The notes under the pieces are model-generated. The model was not told the DNA's origin. It did no database searches and was given only the letters and a program-made list of their open reading frames with translations. Of a stretch of 64,000 bases of DNA, positions 37,740-51,950 are shown in pieces. The position numbers were made by a program, and so were the translations under genes. Each line of letters opens with the position of its first letter. Position 1 is the first letter of the stretch. The DNA is from Selaginella moellendorffii (taxonomy: Eukaryota; Plantae; Lycopodiophyta): contig NW_003314313.1 of NCBI RefSeq assembly GCF_000143415.4, positions 390,418 through 454,417 on the forward strand. The letters are read 5' to 3'.

Positions 37740-40700
37740 ATGTCTCAAACACAAGCTGAGTGTACCATCAAAGTCGGATACGATGCTGTTGTTGTTGGAT
37801 CGGGCTACGGAGGATCAATTGCTGCCTATCGACTCGCAAAAGCGGGACTCCGTGTGTGTGTTCTAGAAAAGGGAAGACGATGGGATCCTCACGAGTTTCC
37901 AGCAACGCCATGGCAGCTGATTTCCAATATGCGATTTTTCACTCCGTTTGGAAGAATAGGAAGGAGGAATGCTCTTTATGAGGTAAGTCTGTACCGCATT
38001 GTGTTCAAACACATGACACAGTTGGTCCATTTTTGAAGGTGCACAGCAACGGAGACTCGATCGCACTAGTTGGCTCAGGACTGGGAGGAGGCTCACTAGT
38101 GAATGCTGGCATTATAATGCCCACACCGAAAAGAGCACGAAAGCATCCAAAATGGCCAAGCGAGTGGGAGGAAGACTGGGAGAAATACGAAGCACAATCC
38201 CACAGCATTCTGGAGCCGGAATATACTCAGAATGAGCCACCAAAGTCCAAAGTGCTAGACCAAATTGCAAACGAGATAGAGGACGCAGCAAGAGATTCCA
38301 TGAAGTTGACAATAAGTTTCAATCAGAAGAAGAATGCTGCTGGAGTTACACAAAAGGAATGTATTTCATGCGGTAACTGTCTATCAGGATGCAGGTACAA
38401 TGCAAAGAGCTCAACAGACAAAAATTACCTCGAACTAGCCGCACAGGTACTTTTCCAGCCAAAACTGAAGGCACATCTTCTTACGGAAATCGTATGTGCA
38501 GGCCGGAGCCAGAATTTGCACGCAGACGGAAGTGATGTTCATCTTGGATACCTCTAGCCACGGAGAAGAATTTAATTGTCAACCCTGCAATCACGAAGCA
38601 AATTGCAAATCAGTAGCTACTAGAAGGTGGCGTGTGTACCTGAATGAAGTCAATTATATTTCAGCAGACTACGTCATTCTAGCTGGTACCACCCTGTAAA
38701 CGCTTTGACCTTTTATCGCTAACATCCCTTTTCTACTTCAGCTGGTGTTCTTGGCACGAACGAGATCCTCCTGAGATCAAAAGAGCGAGGCCTACAACTG
38801 TCCGAACAGTTGGGGCACGGAGTTAGCTCCAATGGAAATAATATCGCTTACATAACAGGCACAGCTGCACAAACTCAAGCTCGAGGACTAAGAGAAAATG
38901 AGTTCTCAAGGACTCCCATGCAGCTACGTCCTGGACCAGTCATATCAAGTTCACACACATCATCACTTGGTTTCACCATACAGGTAATATTACCTTGAAA
39001 ACACTTAAGTTAAACACTCTTACAGGGATCCTCTATTCCTCGAGCAACTCCCGAGACTTTACTGAGGGGAGTGATTACTTATGGCCAGCATGACTACGGA
39101 TTCCTTGTTGGTATATGGGAACGCATCAAGCATTGGACAGGAATGAAAAACAGCCAAGCTCTAGTATTGAATATGATGGGATATGACGCTGCTGACGGGC
39201 AAATCAAGCTAGACAAGGCAACAGGAAGACTGGAATACAGTGCAGCGAAGGACTTACTTTTTCACCAGAAGCTTCGGACCGCTGAAAGATTGGCAGCCCG
39301 CCTTCGTGGGAAGCTATACATGAGTCGCTTCAGAAGTGTTACAGTTCATCTTTTGGGAGGTTGCAACGCAGCACCAGACTCATCCACTGGCGTGACAAAC
39401 GCAAGCGGCCAGGTTTTCTTCCCTAAGAAGAACAAATATCAGTTGAATCAGCCAACGAAAGTTCATTCTGGCCTCTACGTGTGCGATGCCTCTTTGATTC
39501 CATGCTCCGTTGGATTGAATCCGGTCAGCACCATCTCTATAGTTGCAGAGAGAGTTGCGAATGGAATTGTCAACGACGCACACAACTACCTGTCAAAAAA
39601 TATTCAGCACGAGGTATTGACTGGCGATCTCAGTGATTTCAAGTCAAGGACATACCTCAACTCGCGGCTTTCTTGCGAAATGGAGAGCAGCCACGTCATT
39701 ATCCACGAAAAACTGGCAGGAAATATTGGAGGAGCTCCTTGCACGCTGCGATTGGTGATGCATATGGGACAAGACAAGGATAGGGCTGCAAGTAATCTCA
39801 CATTTGGAGATAGTCACCCTCTGCTGCGTGGATATGTTGGAGGCGATGTTCTTATTCCTTCGCTGGAACCAAGTCCACTTTATGTGGTTGACGGATACGT
39901 AGATATGTGCCATGTCGATGAAAGAACTCCTTTCACTCAATATATGCACTATCACCTGGTTCTGTCAACAAACACAGGCACCAGGTAAGTTATCCTATCT
40001 TCTGTCAATCTGATCTCATTGAAAACTATGGTTTCTGAAGGTATACTTTGGACGGAAGGAAAGAGATGCGACCATTCATGAGCGGCCTAATGTGTTACTC
40101 TGATGCAACCACACTACATATCGTTGTTCGAGCTCAGCAGGACTCACCAAAACCGGTTGCCTTGAAAGGAAAAGTGCGGGTAACTCTTCCCGAGTTACTT
40201 AAGTCCCTAATATTGTTACGAGGGCCAAGGAAGCGGGAGTTTGTAGGAAGACTCCTGGAAACACTTGCTAGGACGTACTTGATGAGAACACCGAGAGCGA
40301 CAAGCCGGGAAATGGCAAAACCAGAAGACTCGACCGAAAACTATCCAAGCTATGTACTTCATGAGATTGCCACAGGTAAAAACAGACTTGACTCTTTTAT
40401 ACAGGCAGTGACAGATTGCTTGTGCAGGAGATGGTGCCCGCATTACCTGCAAGCAATGGTGCTCGAAGGGTGCTGCTCAGGATGAGAACGTCAAAATTGT
40501 TTTGCTTCTCAATGGTTATGCCACAGAGAGTTTCTGTGTCCCTACGGAAAACCACGACATCGTAAGAACACTTCTAGAGAACGACTATGAACCTTGGCTC
40601 TTGCAAACACGTTTCCATCCGTCGCATCCGACTCCAACTTCTTTCACTTTCGATGACGTCGCTCGGTTCGACATTCCAGCCGGTATGTGCACTCTGTCAA

Positions 40701-41708
40701 AAACCGAAAAAGTTTAATGCTGGAAATTTTTACAGCATTTGCAAAGATGAGCCACGTCAAGAGAAAGTCGGTAACAGCACACGTTATTGCTCATTGCATA
40801 GGAGGAGTCTCAATTCACATGAGCTTGATGGGTGGATACATACCTCCATCGTCGATAGCATCACTGATTTGCACAAACTCGTCCATGTTCTTCAACTTCG
40901 TTCCATCAGCGCTCGTCAAGTTGACTCTGCCTCTCATTCCTGTAAGTAGTTTTTGCGTTAGCCATAAAAAAAAGGAGACTTACGTCTTGTTGTTTATCTA
41001 CTACAGATTTCTATGACAATCCTGGGAAAGAAGCTCGTCATACCAATAAGTCCTCCGCAAGAAGAACCGATGTCGTGGCGACACAAGCTACTCCGCGCAA
41101 TTGCTCGAGCGATACCACGCACGGAGCGCTGCCACTGTGACGAATGCAACGTTTTCTCAGGAATTTTCGGCAACACATTCTGGCACGAGAAAGTCAGACT
41201 GGAAACGCACAACTGGTTGACCAAGCAGGCAGTGCAAACTCTATCAATGGCAGCATTGCCACACGCACGTAAAATCGTTCTCGCGGGACACGTAGTAGAC
41301 AACGAGGGGAAAAACGAGACTTACATGGCTCATCCGGAGAGGCTAGCAGTCCACACCACGTATATCTCCGGCGGCCGCCCCATTCTCGTCACTCCAGAGA
41401 CCTCTCTCCGCGCGCACGGATTCATGAAGCGGCATCACCCTGGATTCAGCCACGCTCGAATCGTGATTCAAGACTACGGACACTCCGACCTGTGGATCGG
41501 AGAGCATTCGCACGGGGACGTGTTCCCGCTGGTGCTGGAGCGCCTCAAATCCGCCGGGAGAAGCCATCCGAGCGATAACCTCCAGAAGAATGCGATACTG
41601 CCGTGGGAGGAGTCGCTGATCGCTGGTAGGAATGGCGCGTGCGGCGGCGTTGTCTTCATCCTGATGGCGCTGCTCGCGATCGCCTTGCTCTGCTTGGTAA
41701 ACCATTGA
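37740..41708 (+). CDS. Cholesterol-oxidase-like GMC oxidoreductase / alpha-beta hydrolase fusion protein, copy 1 (9 exons)
   Basis: YDAVVVGSGYGG..VLEKG (FAD Rossmann), GLGGGSLVNAG, CISCGNCLSGC (38360-38392), VHLLGG and GLNP (GMC His/Asn), LLLNGY, AHCIGG (40789-40806), YGHSDLWIGE, hydrophobic C-tail. Canonical introns. Confidence 0.9.
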
Positions 41709-42586
41709 ATCTGCCAGTACAATGGTGATCACAACTTGTGATTTGATGCAAACAAATCAGGGAGAATGCACTGCTCCCGTGACAGCAAGCCCCATCATCT
41801 GAAACTATTACATTGTTAGCTAAGAAAGAGCATCCTTTAAACCCTTTTGTGTGCTTCCAATTCCATGCTATTTGGGAACTTATGACCACTATATGGCTGC
41901 ATCAAGTGGTGGTGCTTGTCAAACCAATCCAATGTTTCCATACCTCAATTAGAACAAGAGAGAGCATGTTAGACTTATCATTAGCTGCACTTGCCAGTTA
42001 GTGCTGGAGTTTGTCGCCACTGGAGTATAGTGAGTTTTTCTAGCTCATTTTTTTGACTCGGATGATAGCAATCCATGTTGACTAGTAGTTTACCAATTAA
42101 GAATTTTTATTTTACTATTGTTGTTGAGGAGTTTTTTTTTTTCCTTCATGAATGAACAGTCTTAAAAGTCCACTTATCTTCCCATAGTTTAGTATCAACA
42201 AGGTTTAACCAATCTCTTAAATTTTTGCCAAAGTATTTTATAAGCCTTAGGATTTTTGTATTTTTTTATAACAAAAAGCTTGAGCAATTTTTTTTCTTAT
42301 TTCCTTTTAACAATTGCTAAATTTTTTTTTTCTCTTCCACTTTATTTCTTCTTTAATTTTTTCACTTTCTCCTCAAATTTAATTTTTTTTCTTTAAAGGA
42401 GTGGGTATGCATAGAAGTCCGATCCTAACAAATTCAACAAATTCAAAGTCAAAATTTGTATGCGTGTTGTGCTGACGGATGGTACCTTGATAGGCAGTTT
42501 TCCATTCTAGTTCTTTGTCCCTAGAACATCTCGACGAGGGTGAATTTCTGTAAGAAAGAGGGGAGAACAAAAGTGAGACGACTTTT

Positions 42587-45500
42587 ATGTCTCAAACGCA
42601 AGTGGAACGTACCATCCAAGTCGGGTACGACGCGGTTGTTGTTGGATCTGGCTATGGAGGATCGATTGCTGCATATCGACTCGCAGAAGCAGGAATCCGT
42701 GTGTGCGTTCTCGAGAAAGGAAGACGATGGGAGCCTCACCAGTTTCCAGCAACGCCCTGGAAATTGCTTTCCAGCACGCGTTTTCTTACTCCATTCGGAA
42801 GCATTGGGAAGAAGGATGCTCTCTATGAGGTGAGTTACTGAATAGCATTGTACTTCTCCTGTTAAAACATATATACACACAGTTAGTCCATGTTTACAGG
42901 TGCACAGCCATGGAGACTCTGTCGCTCTAGTTGGGTCAGGACTGGGAGGAGGCTCGCTAGTGAATGCTGGAATCATCATGCCCACACCGAAAAGAGCACG
43001 AAGGCATCCAAACTGGCCAAAAGAGTGGGAGGAAGACTGGGATCTATACGAAGCAAAATCTCACAGCATTCTGGAGCCTGAAGAAATCCTGCACGAGGCT
43101 CCAAAATCAAAAGTGCTAGACAAAATTGCAAACGAGATAGAGGACGCAGCAAGAGATTCGATGAAGTTGACAATAAGTTTCAATCAGAAGAAGAATGCTG
43201 CTGGAGTTACACAAAACGAATGCATTTCATGCGGTAACTGTCTATCAGGATGCAGGTACAACGCAAAGAGCTCAACAGACAAAAATTACCTTGAACTAGC
43301 CGCACAGGTACTTGTCCAGCCAAAACTGAAGGCACATCTTCTTACGGAAACCGAATGTGCAGGCCGGAGCCAGAATTTGCACGCAGACGGAAGTGATGTT
43401 CATCAGCGAGAACTCCAGCCATGAAAAGGAAACTTGTTGTCAACCCTGCAATCATGGAGCAAATTGCAAATCAGTAGCTAAAAGAAGATGGCGCGTGCAC
43501 CTGAATGAAGCGGATTATATTTCAGCAGACTACGTCATTGTAGCCGGTACTATCGTGTAAAAGCTGGAAACCTTGGTCGCTGATATTTGCTGACCTTTCT
43601 TTCTTCAGCTGGTGTTCTTGGCACGAACGAGATCCTCCTGAGATCAAGAGAGCGAGGCCTACAACTGTCCCAACAGTTGGGGCACGGAGTTAGCTCCAAT
43701 GGAAATAATATCGCTTACATAACAGGCACAGCTGCACAAACTCAAGCTCGAGGACTAAGAGAAAATGAGTTCTCAAGGACTCCCATGCAGCTACGTCCTG
43801 GACCAGTCATATCAAGGTCACACACATCATCACTTGGTTTTACCATACAGGTAATATTACCTTGAAAACACTTAAGTTAAACACTCTTACAGGGATCCTC
43901 TATTCCTCGAGCAACTCCCGAGACTTTACTGAGGGGAGTGTTTACTTATGGCCAGCATGACTACGGATTCCTTGTTGGTATATGGGAACACATCAAGCAA
44001 TGGACAGGAATGCAAAACAGCCAAGCTCTAGTCCTGAATATGATGGGATATGACGCTGCTGACGGGCAAATCAAGCTAGACAAGGTAACAGGAAGACTGG
44101 AATACAATGCAGCGAAGGACTTACTTTTTCACCATAAGCTTCGAACCGCTGAAAGGTTGGCAGCCCGCCTTCGTGGGAAGCTATACATGAGTCGCTTCAG
44201 AAGTGTTACAGTTCATCTTTTGGGAGGTTGCAACGCAGCACCAGACTCATCCACAGGCGTGACAAACGCTAGCGGTCAGCTGTTCTTCCCTGATACAAGC
44301 AACGTTCAGTTCACGAAGACAACAAAAGTTCACGCAGGCCTGTACATTTGCGATGCCTCTTTGATTCCATGCTCTGTTGGATTGAATCCTGTCAGCACGA
44401 TCTCTATAGTTGCAGAGAGAGTTGCGAATGGAATTGTCAACGACGCACACAACTATCTGTTAAAAAAGTTCCAGCACGAAGGCGATCATAGTAATTTCAA
44501 AACAAGAACGTACCTCAACTCGCGGCTTGCTTGCGAAATGAAGAGCAGCCGCGTCATTATCCACGAGAAAATGAGAGGAAATATTGGAGGAGCTCCTTGC
44601 ACACTGCGATTAGTGATGCATATGGGACAAAACAAGGATACGGCTGCAAGTAATTGCGCGTTTGGAGATTGTCATCCTCTACTGCGTGGATATGTTGGAG
44701 GCGATGCTCTTATTCCTTCTCTGGAACCAGGTCCTTTATATGTGATTGATGGATACGTGGATATGTGCCATGTCGATGAAAGAACTCCTTTCACTCAGTA
44801 TATGCACTATCACCTGCTTTTGTCAACAAACACGGGAACCAGGTAAGTTATCCTATCTTCTGTCAATCTGATCTCATTGAAAACTATGGTTTCTGAAGGT
44901 ATACTTTGGACGGAAGGAAAGAGATGCGACCATTCATGAGCGGCCTGATGTGTTACTCTGATGCAACCACGCTACATATCGTTGTTCGAGCTCAGCAGGA
45001 CTCACCAAAACCGATTGCCTTGAAAGGAAAAGTGCGGGTAACTCTTCCCGAGTTACTCAAGTCCCTAATATTCTTACGAGGGCCAAGGAAGCGGGAGTTC
45101 ATAAGACGGCTCCTGGAGACACTTGCTAGGACGTACTTGATGAGAATACCTAGGACTCGAAGAGAAAAGGTGACCAGGACACAACACTTGACAGACAACT
45201 ATCCAAACTACGTTCTTCATGAACTCGTGACAGGTATTAAAAAGAATTTTTAACAGGCAGTCATTCTGACGCTGGTCTAGGGGATGGTGTGCACATTACC
45301 TGCAAGCAATGGTGCTCACAAGATTCTGCGGACAACCAAAACTCTAGAGTAGTTTTGTTGCTCAATGGTTATTCCACAGAGAGCTTCTGGCTTCCTACAG
45401 AAAGTAATGACATCATACGAACGCTGATACAGAATGATTACGAACCTTGGCTGCTGCAAACACGCTTGCATCCATTGCATCCAACAAAAAGTTCTTTTAC

Positions 45501-46566
45501 TTTCGACGATATTGCTCGCTTCGACATTCCATCTGGTATGGTCCTGTTTTAAGGAGGAAAATGGTTAACGTTAAAGCTCTGCAGCGTTTGCGAAGATAAA
45601 CCAAGTCAAGAAAAAGCAGGTAGCTGCACACGTTATTGCTCACTGCATAGGGGGACTCTCAATTCACATGAGCTTGATGGGTGGATACATACCTCCATCT
45701 TCGATAGCATCACTAGTTTGCACAAACTCGTCCATGTTCTTCCACTTGGTTCCATCAGCGCTCGTGAAGCTGACTCTACCTCTCATTCCTGTAAGTATTT
45801 TTTGCGTTAGCCATCTACAAGCCCATGCTTACATGTTTTTCTACAGATTTCTATGAAAATCCTGGGAAAGCACACCATCATGCCGATCAGTGCTCCAAAA
45901 GAACCAATGTCGTGGCGGCACAGACTACTGCGCTCAATCGCTCGAGCTATACCACGTACTGAGAGCTGCCCATGCGATGAATGCAATGTTTCCTCAGGAA
46001 TTTTCGGCAGCGCATTCTGGCACCAAAACGTTCGGCTAGAAATGCACGACTGGCTGAATAAGCAGGCAATGCCAGTTCTTCCAATGGCAGGATTTCCACA
46101 TTTGCGATTAATCGCTCTAGCGGGACACATAGTCGACAGTAAAGGAGACAAGGAGACTTACATGGCTCATCCGGAGAGGCTAGCGGTGCATACGACTTAT
46201 ATTTCCGGCGGCCGCCCCATTCTCGTCACTCCAGAGACCTCTCTCCGCGCGCACGGATTCGTGAAGCGGCATCACCCTGGATTCAGCCACGCTCGAATCG
46301 TGATTCCAGATTACGGACATTCTGACCTGTGGATCGGAGAGCGTTCGCCAGAGGACGTGTTCCCGCTGGTGCTGGAACGCCTCAAATCCGCCGAGAGAAG
46401 CGACCCGACCGATAATCTCCAGAAGAACGCGATACTGCCGTGGGAGGAGCCGCTGATCGCTGGCAGGAATGGCGCCAGCGGCAGCGTCGTCTCCATCCTG
46501 ATGGCGCTGCTCGCGATCACCTTGCTCTGCCTGCTAGCTCAGATAAACCCTAGCCCTAGAATTTGA
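42587..46566 (+). CDS. GMC oxidoreductase / alpha-beta hydrolase fusion protein, copy 2
   Basis: Same motifs and exon structure as copy 1. No disablement noticed. Confidence 0.9.
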
Positions 46567-47732
46567 ACTTCCCGCCAAAAGAAAGAAATCTACACCTAAT
46601 TTATTGGATAGCGTGTTCTTGGCTATTCGTCTCCTTCTCGTTATGCTCGAGGCCCAATCTGTGAGAAACACTGGTATCGATTCTCACAAACTTACCATCT
46701 GGAAGCACTCCACAAAGACTTTCGTCCAAAGCTTTTCCTGTCTAAGCCTCCATGGGAACTGGGAAAGCGCTTCAAAGTTTGCATGACTTGTTTGTCTACA
46801 GGCGGAGAGAAAAGCATCATTTGCTTGGCAGCCTTTTTCAAGTTTAATGCTACGTACCTTGGATGAGATTTTTGTTCGCGACTTTCAGCCAGTAGGTGAT
46901 TTGCGCTGAAAGGAAAACTTCTAGTGTTGATATAAAACTAAGAGCTGGAAACTTTGACTTGATCTACCTGTGTTTGTAACGCCTGTTGCTAGAATGCACG
47001 TCTGAAGCACGGGGTCAGAATGAGAAAAAAAAGAGAGTAAAACCCACCATGTCTGTAACGTCGATCGCAAAAGATACAGTAGGCAGCACTTCGTTTTCCC
47101 GGTTTTGCGGAAACACTTGCAACTTGGGCCGGGACAGTGAATCGAATCCAGTTTCTCCTTGAAAGTTTTGTATCTTCGGGTTTCGCAAGTTGACCCTTTG
47201 GCAGCATCCAAGAAAGTCCAAAGCCTCACCTCCACAGTGTATTGACTTTGAGCACGTCTTGACCGCAATCGAATCAATTTCTTGGCTGCTGTTCCAGCGA
47301 GTGTGTCAACTGTTGGCTTCTTCTAGTCGCTCAAGGCTGGCCCTGACAGGAACACCAACAGTTGTTAAAGCCTCTACCAACACAAGAGAAAAATAAAAAG
47401 TGAAGGAAACAAATTCAACGTCAAGGACAGTACGCACAGCACATACTGGCCCTTGATGCACTGATTATGTGTCTGACCTTTGGATTTGTATATGCATTTT
47501 GTGCACGCACCCCTCCGTGTGCTGAGTTCACTTCCTTAAGGCCTGTTTACATAGTACACGGTCAGTAAAATTTTATAAAAAAATGTCGAAGCGGCGAGTA
47601 TATAAGCGATGCATGCTGTTACCTTGATCAGAAGTCTTCGGCTCGCTCTAGAACAGCTCGACGAGCGAGGTGATAACGTTGTCAAGGAAGGAGTGAATTT
47701 CTGTAAGAGTGAGAACAAAAGTGAGACGAATT

Positions 47733-50700
47733 ATGTCTCAGACACAAGTCGAACGTACCATCAAAGTCGGGTACGATGCGGTTGTTGTTGGATCTGGCTA
47801 TGGAGGATCGATTGCTGCATATCGACTCGCAGAAGCAGGGATCCGTGTGTGCGTTCTGGAAAAAGGCAGACGATGGGAGCCCCACGAGTTTCCAACAACG
47901 CCCTGGAAATTGCTTCCCAGCATGCGCTTTCTTACGCCATTCGGAAGCTTTGGGAAGAAGGATGCTCTCTATGAGGTGAGTTTCTGGATCGCATTGTACT
48001 TCTCCTGTTAAAACATATATTCACACAGTTAGTCCATGTTTACAGGTGCACAGCCACGGAGACTCTGTCGCTCTAGTTGGGTCAGGACTGGGAGGAGGCT
48101 CACTAGTGAATGCTGGAATCATCATGCCCACACCGAAAAGAGCACGAAGGCATCCAAACTGGCCAAAAGAGTGGGAGGAAGACTGGGAGAAACACGAAGC
48201 AAAATCCCACAGCATTCTGGAGCCTGAATATGCTCAGAATGAGCCACCAAAGTCCAAAGTGCTAGACCAAATTGCAAACGAGATCGAGGATGCAGCAAAA
48301 GATTCCATGAAGTTGACCATAAGTTTCAAACAGAAGAAGAATGCTGCTGGAGTTACCCAAAACGAATGCATTTCGTGCGGTAACTGTCTATCAGGATGCA
48401 AGTACAACGCAAAGAGCTCAACAGACAAAAATTACCTCGAACTAGCCGCACAGGTACTTTATCGCTGTATTGAAGGCATATCTTCTTACGGAAATCGAAT
48501 GCGCAGGCAGGAGCCAGAATTTGCACGCAGACGGAAGTGATGTTCATCAGCGAGAACTCAGAAGAATTCTGTTGTCAAAACTGCAATGATGGAGCAAATT
48601 GCAAATCAGTAGCTACAAGAAGATGGCGTGTGCACCTGAATGAAGTGGATTATATTTCGGCAGACTACGTCATCGTAGCCGGTACTATCTTGTAAAAGCT
48701 CGAAACTTTCGTTGCTAATATTTGCTGCCCCTTCTTTCTTCAGCTGGTGTTCTTGGCACGAATGGGATCCTCTTGCGATCAAAAGAGCGAGGCCTACAAC
48801 TGTCCCAACAGTTGGGATACGGAGTTAGCTGCAATGGAAATAATATAGCTTACATAACAGGCACAGCCGCACAGACTCAAGCTCAAGGACTTCGAGAAGA
48901 AGATTTCTCAAGGACTCCCATGCAGCTACGTCCTGGTCCAGTCATATCAAGTTCACATACATCATCACTTGGCTTTACAATACAGGTAATATGAGTGAAA
49001 TAAGCTTATATCAAGCTAAACACCTCTTTCAGGGCTCTTGTATTCCTCAAGCTGCTCCAGAATTTCTACTAAGGGGAGTCATTACTTATGGCCTAGGGGA
49101 CTACGGGTTTCTCACTGGTATCTGGGAACAAGTCAAACAATGGACAGGAACGCAGAACAGCCAAGCTCTGGTATTGAATATGATGGGATATGACGCTGCT
49201 GACGGGCAAATCAAGATAGACAAGCTAACAGGAAGAGTGGCATACAGTGCAGCGAAGGACTTACTTTTTCATCATAAGCTTCGGACCGCTGAAAAGTTGG
49301 CAGCTCGCCTTCGTGGGAAGCTGTACATGAGTCGCTTCAGAAGTGCTGCCGTTCATCTTTTGGGAGGTTGCAACGCAGCAACAGACTCATCCACCGGCGT
49401 GGCAAACGCAAACGGCCAGATTTTCTTCCCTGAGACGAGCAACGGTCAGTTCAGGAAGACAACAAAAGTTCACGCAGGCCTGTACGTTTGCGACGCCTCT
49501 TTGATTCCATGCTCAGTTGGACTGAATCCGGTCAGCACGATCTCAATAGTGGCAGAGAGAGTTGCGAATGGCATTGTCAACGATGCGCAGAACTACCTGT
49601 CACAAAAGTTTCAGCACGAAGTATTTACTGGCGATCTTAGTAATTTAAAATCAAGAACATACCTCAACTCGCGACTTGCTTCCGAAATGCAGTGCAGCTA
49701 TGTCATTATCCACGAAAAATTGAAAGGAAATATTGGAGGAGCTCCTTGCACACTGCGACTGGTGATGCATATGGGACAAGACAAGGATACGCCTGCAAGC
49801 AATCGTTTGTTTGGAGATAGTCATCCTCTCCTGCGTGGATATGTTGGAGGCGATGTTCTTATTCCTTCGCTGGAACCAGGTCCTCTATATGTGGTTGACG
49901 GATACGTAAATATGTGCCATGTCGATGAAAAAACTCCTTTCACTCAGTATATGCATTATCACCTGCTTCTGTCAACAAACACGGGCACCAGGTAAGTTTT
50001 CCTTCCTCCTCTAAATCTGGTCTGGTCTCATGCAAAACATGCTATGGTTTGTGAAGGTATACTTTGGACGGACGGAAAGAGATGCGACCATTCATGAGCG
50101 GCTTAAAGTGCTTCTATGAGTCGACCACGCTACATGTCGTTGTTCGAACTCAGCAGGAGTCATCAAAACCGGTTGTCCTGAAAGGAAAGTTGCGAGTAAC
50201 TCTTCCCGAGTTACTTAAGTCGCTAATATCGTTGCGAGGACCAAGGAAGCGGGAGTTTGTAGGACGGCTGATGGAAACACTTGCTAGGACGTACTTGATG
50301 AGAACACCAAGGACTCCAACAGAGAAGGTGACCAGGACACAAAACTTGACGAACAACTATTCAAACTACGTGCTTCATGAACTCGTGACAGGTACGAAAC
50401 AAATTTCTTAACAGGCAGTCATTCTGACACGAGCATGATGGATGGCTGTAGAGGACGGTGTACACATTACCTGCAAGCAATGGTGCTCAAAAGATGCTGC
50501 GGAGGACCAAAACTCCAGAGTCGTTTTGTTGCTCAATGGTTATTCCACAGAGAGCTTCTGGCTTCCTACAGAAAGTAATGACATCATACGAACGCTGATA
50601 CAGAATGATTACGAACCTTGGCTGCTGCAAACACGCTTGCATCCATTGCATCCAACAAAATATTCCTTCACTTTCGACGATATTGCTCACTTCGACATTC

Positions 50701-51748
50701 CATCTGGTATGTTCCTGTTTTTTCAAGGAGGAAAATTTTAATCGCTAAAATTTGCAGCGTTTGCGAAGATAAACCAAGTCAAGAAAAAGCAGATAGCGGC
50801 ACACGTTATTGCTCACTGCATAGGAGGACTATCAATTCACATGAGCTTGATGGGTGGACACATACCTCCATCGTCGATCGCATCGCTAGTTTGCACAAAC
50901 TCGTCCATGTTCTTCAACTTGGTTCCATCAGCGCTCGTGAAGTTGACTCTGCCTCTCATCCCTGTAAGTGGTTTTTGCGTTAGCCATCTACGAACTGAGA
51001 ATTACATCTTTACGTTTTTCTACAGATTTCTATGAAAATCCTGGGAAAGAACACCATCGTGCCGATAAGTCCTCCTAAAGAAGAATCAATGCCCTGGCGA
51101 CACAGACTACTGCGCTCAATCGCTCGAGCGATACCACGCACTGAAAGCTGTCCCTGCGATGAATGCAATGTTTTCTCAGGAATTTTCGGCAGCACATTCT
51201 GGCACCAAAACGTCGGGCTAGAAATGCACGACTGGCTGAACAAGAAGGCAGTGCCAGTTCTTCCAATGGCAGGATTTCCACATTTGCGATCAATCGCTCT
51301 AGCGGGACACATAGTCAACAGTGAAGGAGAAGAGGAGACTTACATGGCTCATCCGGAGAGGCTAGCAGTTCACACCACGTATATCTCCGGCGGCCGCCCC
51401 ATTCTCGTCACTCCAGAGACCTCTCTCCGCGCGCACGGATTCATGAAGCGGCATCAGCCTGGATTCAGCCACGCTCGAATCGTGATTCCAGATTATGGAC
51501 ACTCTGACCTGTGGATCGGAGAGCATTCGCACGAGGACGTGTTCCCGCTGGTGCTGGAACGCCTAAAATCCGCCGAGCGGAGCGATCCGAGCGATAATCT
51601 GCAGAAGAACGCGATATTGCCGTGGGAGGAGCCACTGGCCGGCCACAAGAAAGCCGCTGGGAGGAGCGCCGTGGCCATCCTGATGGCGCTGCTCGCGATC
51701 GCCATGCTGTGCTTGCTTGCCCTGATAAACCCTAGCTCTAGAATTTGA
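47733..51748 (+). CDS. GMC oxidoreductase / alpha-beta hydrolase fusion protein, copy 3
   Basis: Same motifs and exon structure. No disablement noticed. Confidence 0.9.
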
Positions 51749-51950
51749 AATTCCCGCCAAAACTGCTTGAGAAAAGAGAAAAAGAAAATTCCTTGTGAAC
51801 AGGACCAGGATTGAATATTCACGTTTGTTCTTTTCACAAAGACAAGAATGATTGAAACAGGGTCGTTTGTTCTTCTCATAAACTCCAACATGCGAGAGCT
51901 CCTATAAAATAGCTTCCAAGCAAATGAGAAGAAAGCGGTATCGTTTTGAG

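Noticed and set aside
46600-47400. Short ORFs between GMC copies 2 and 3
   Set aside because: No recognisable motif or consistent exon chain.
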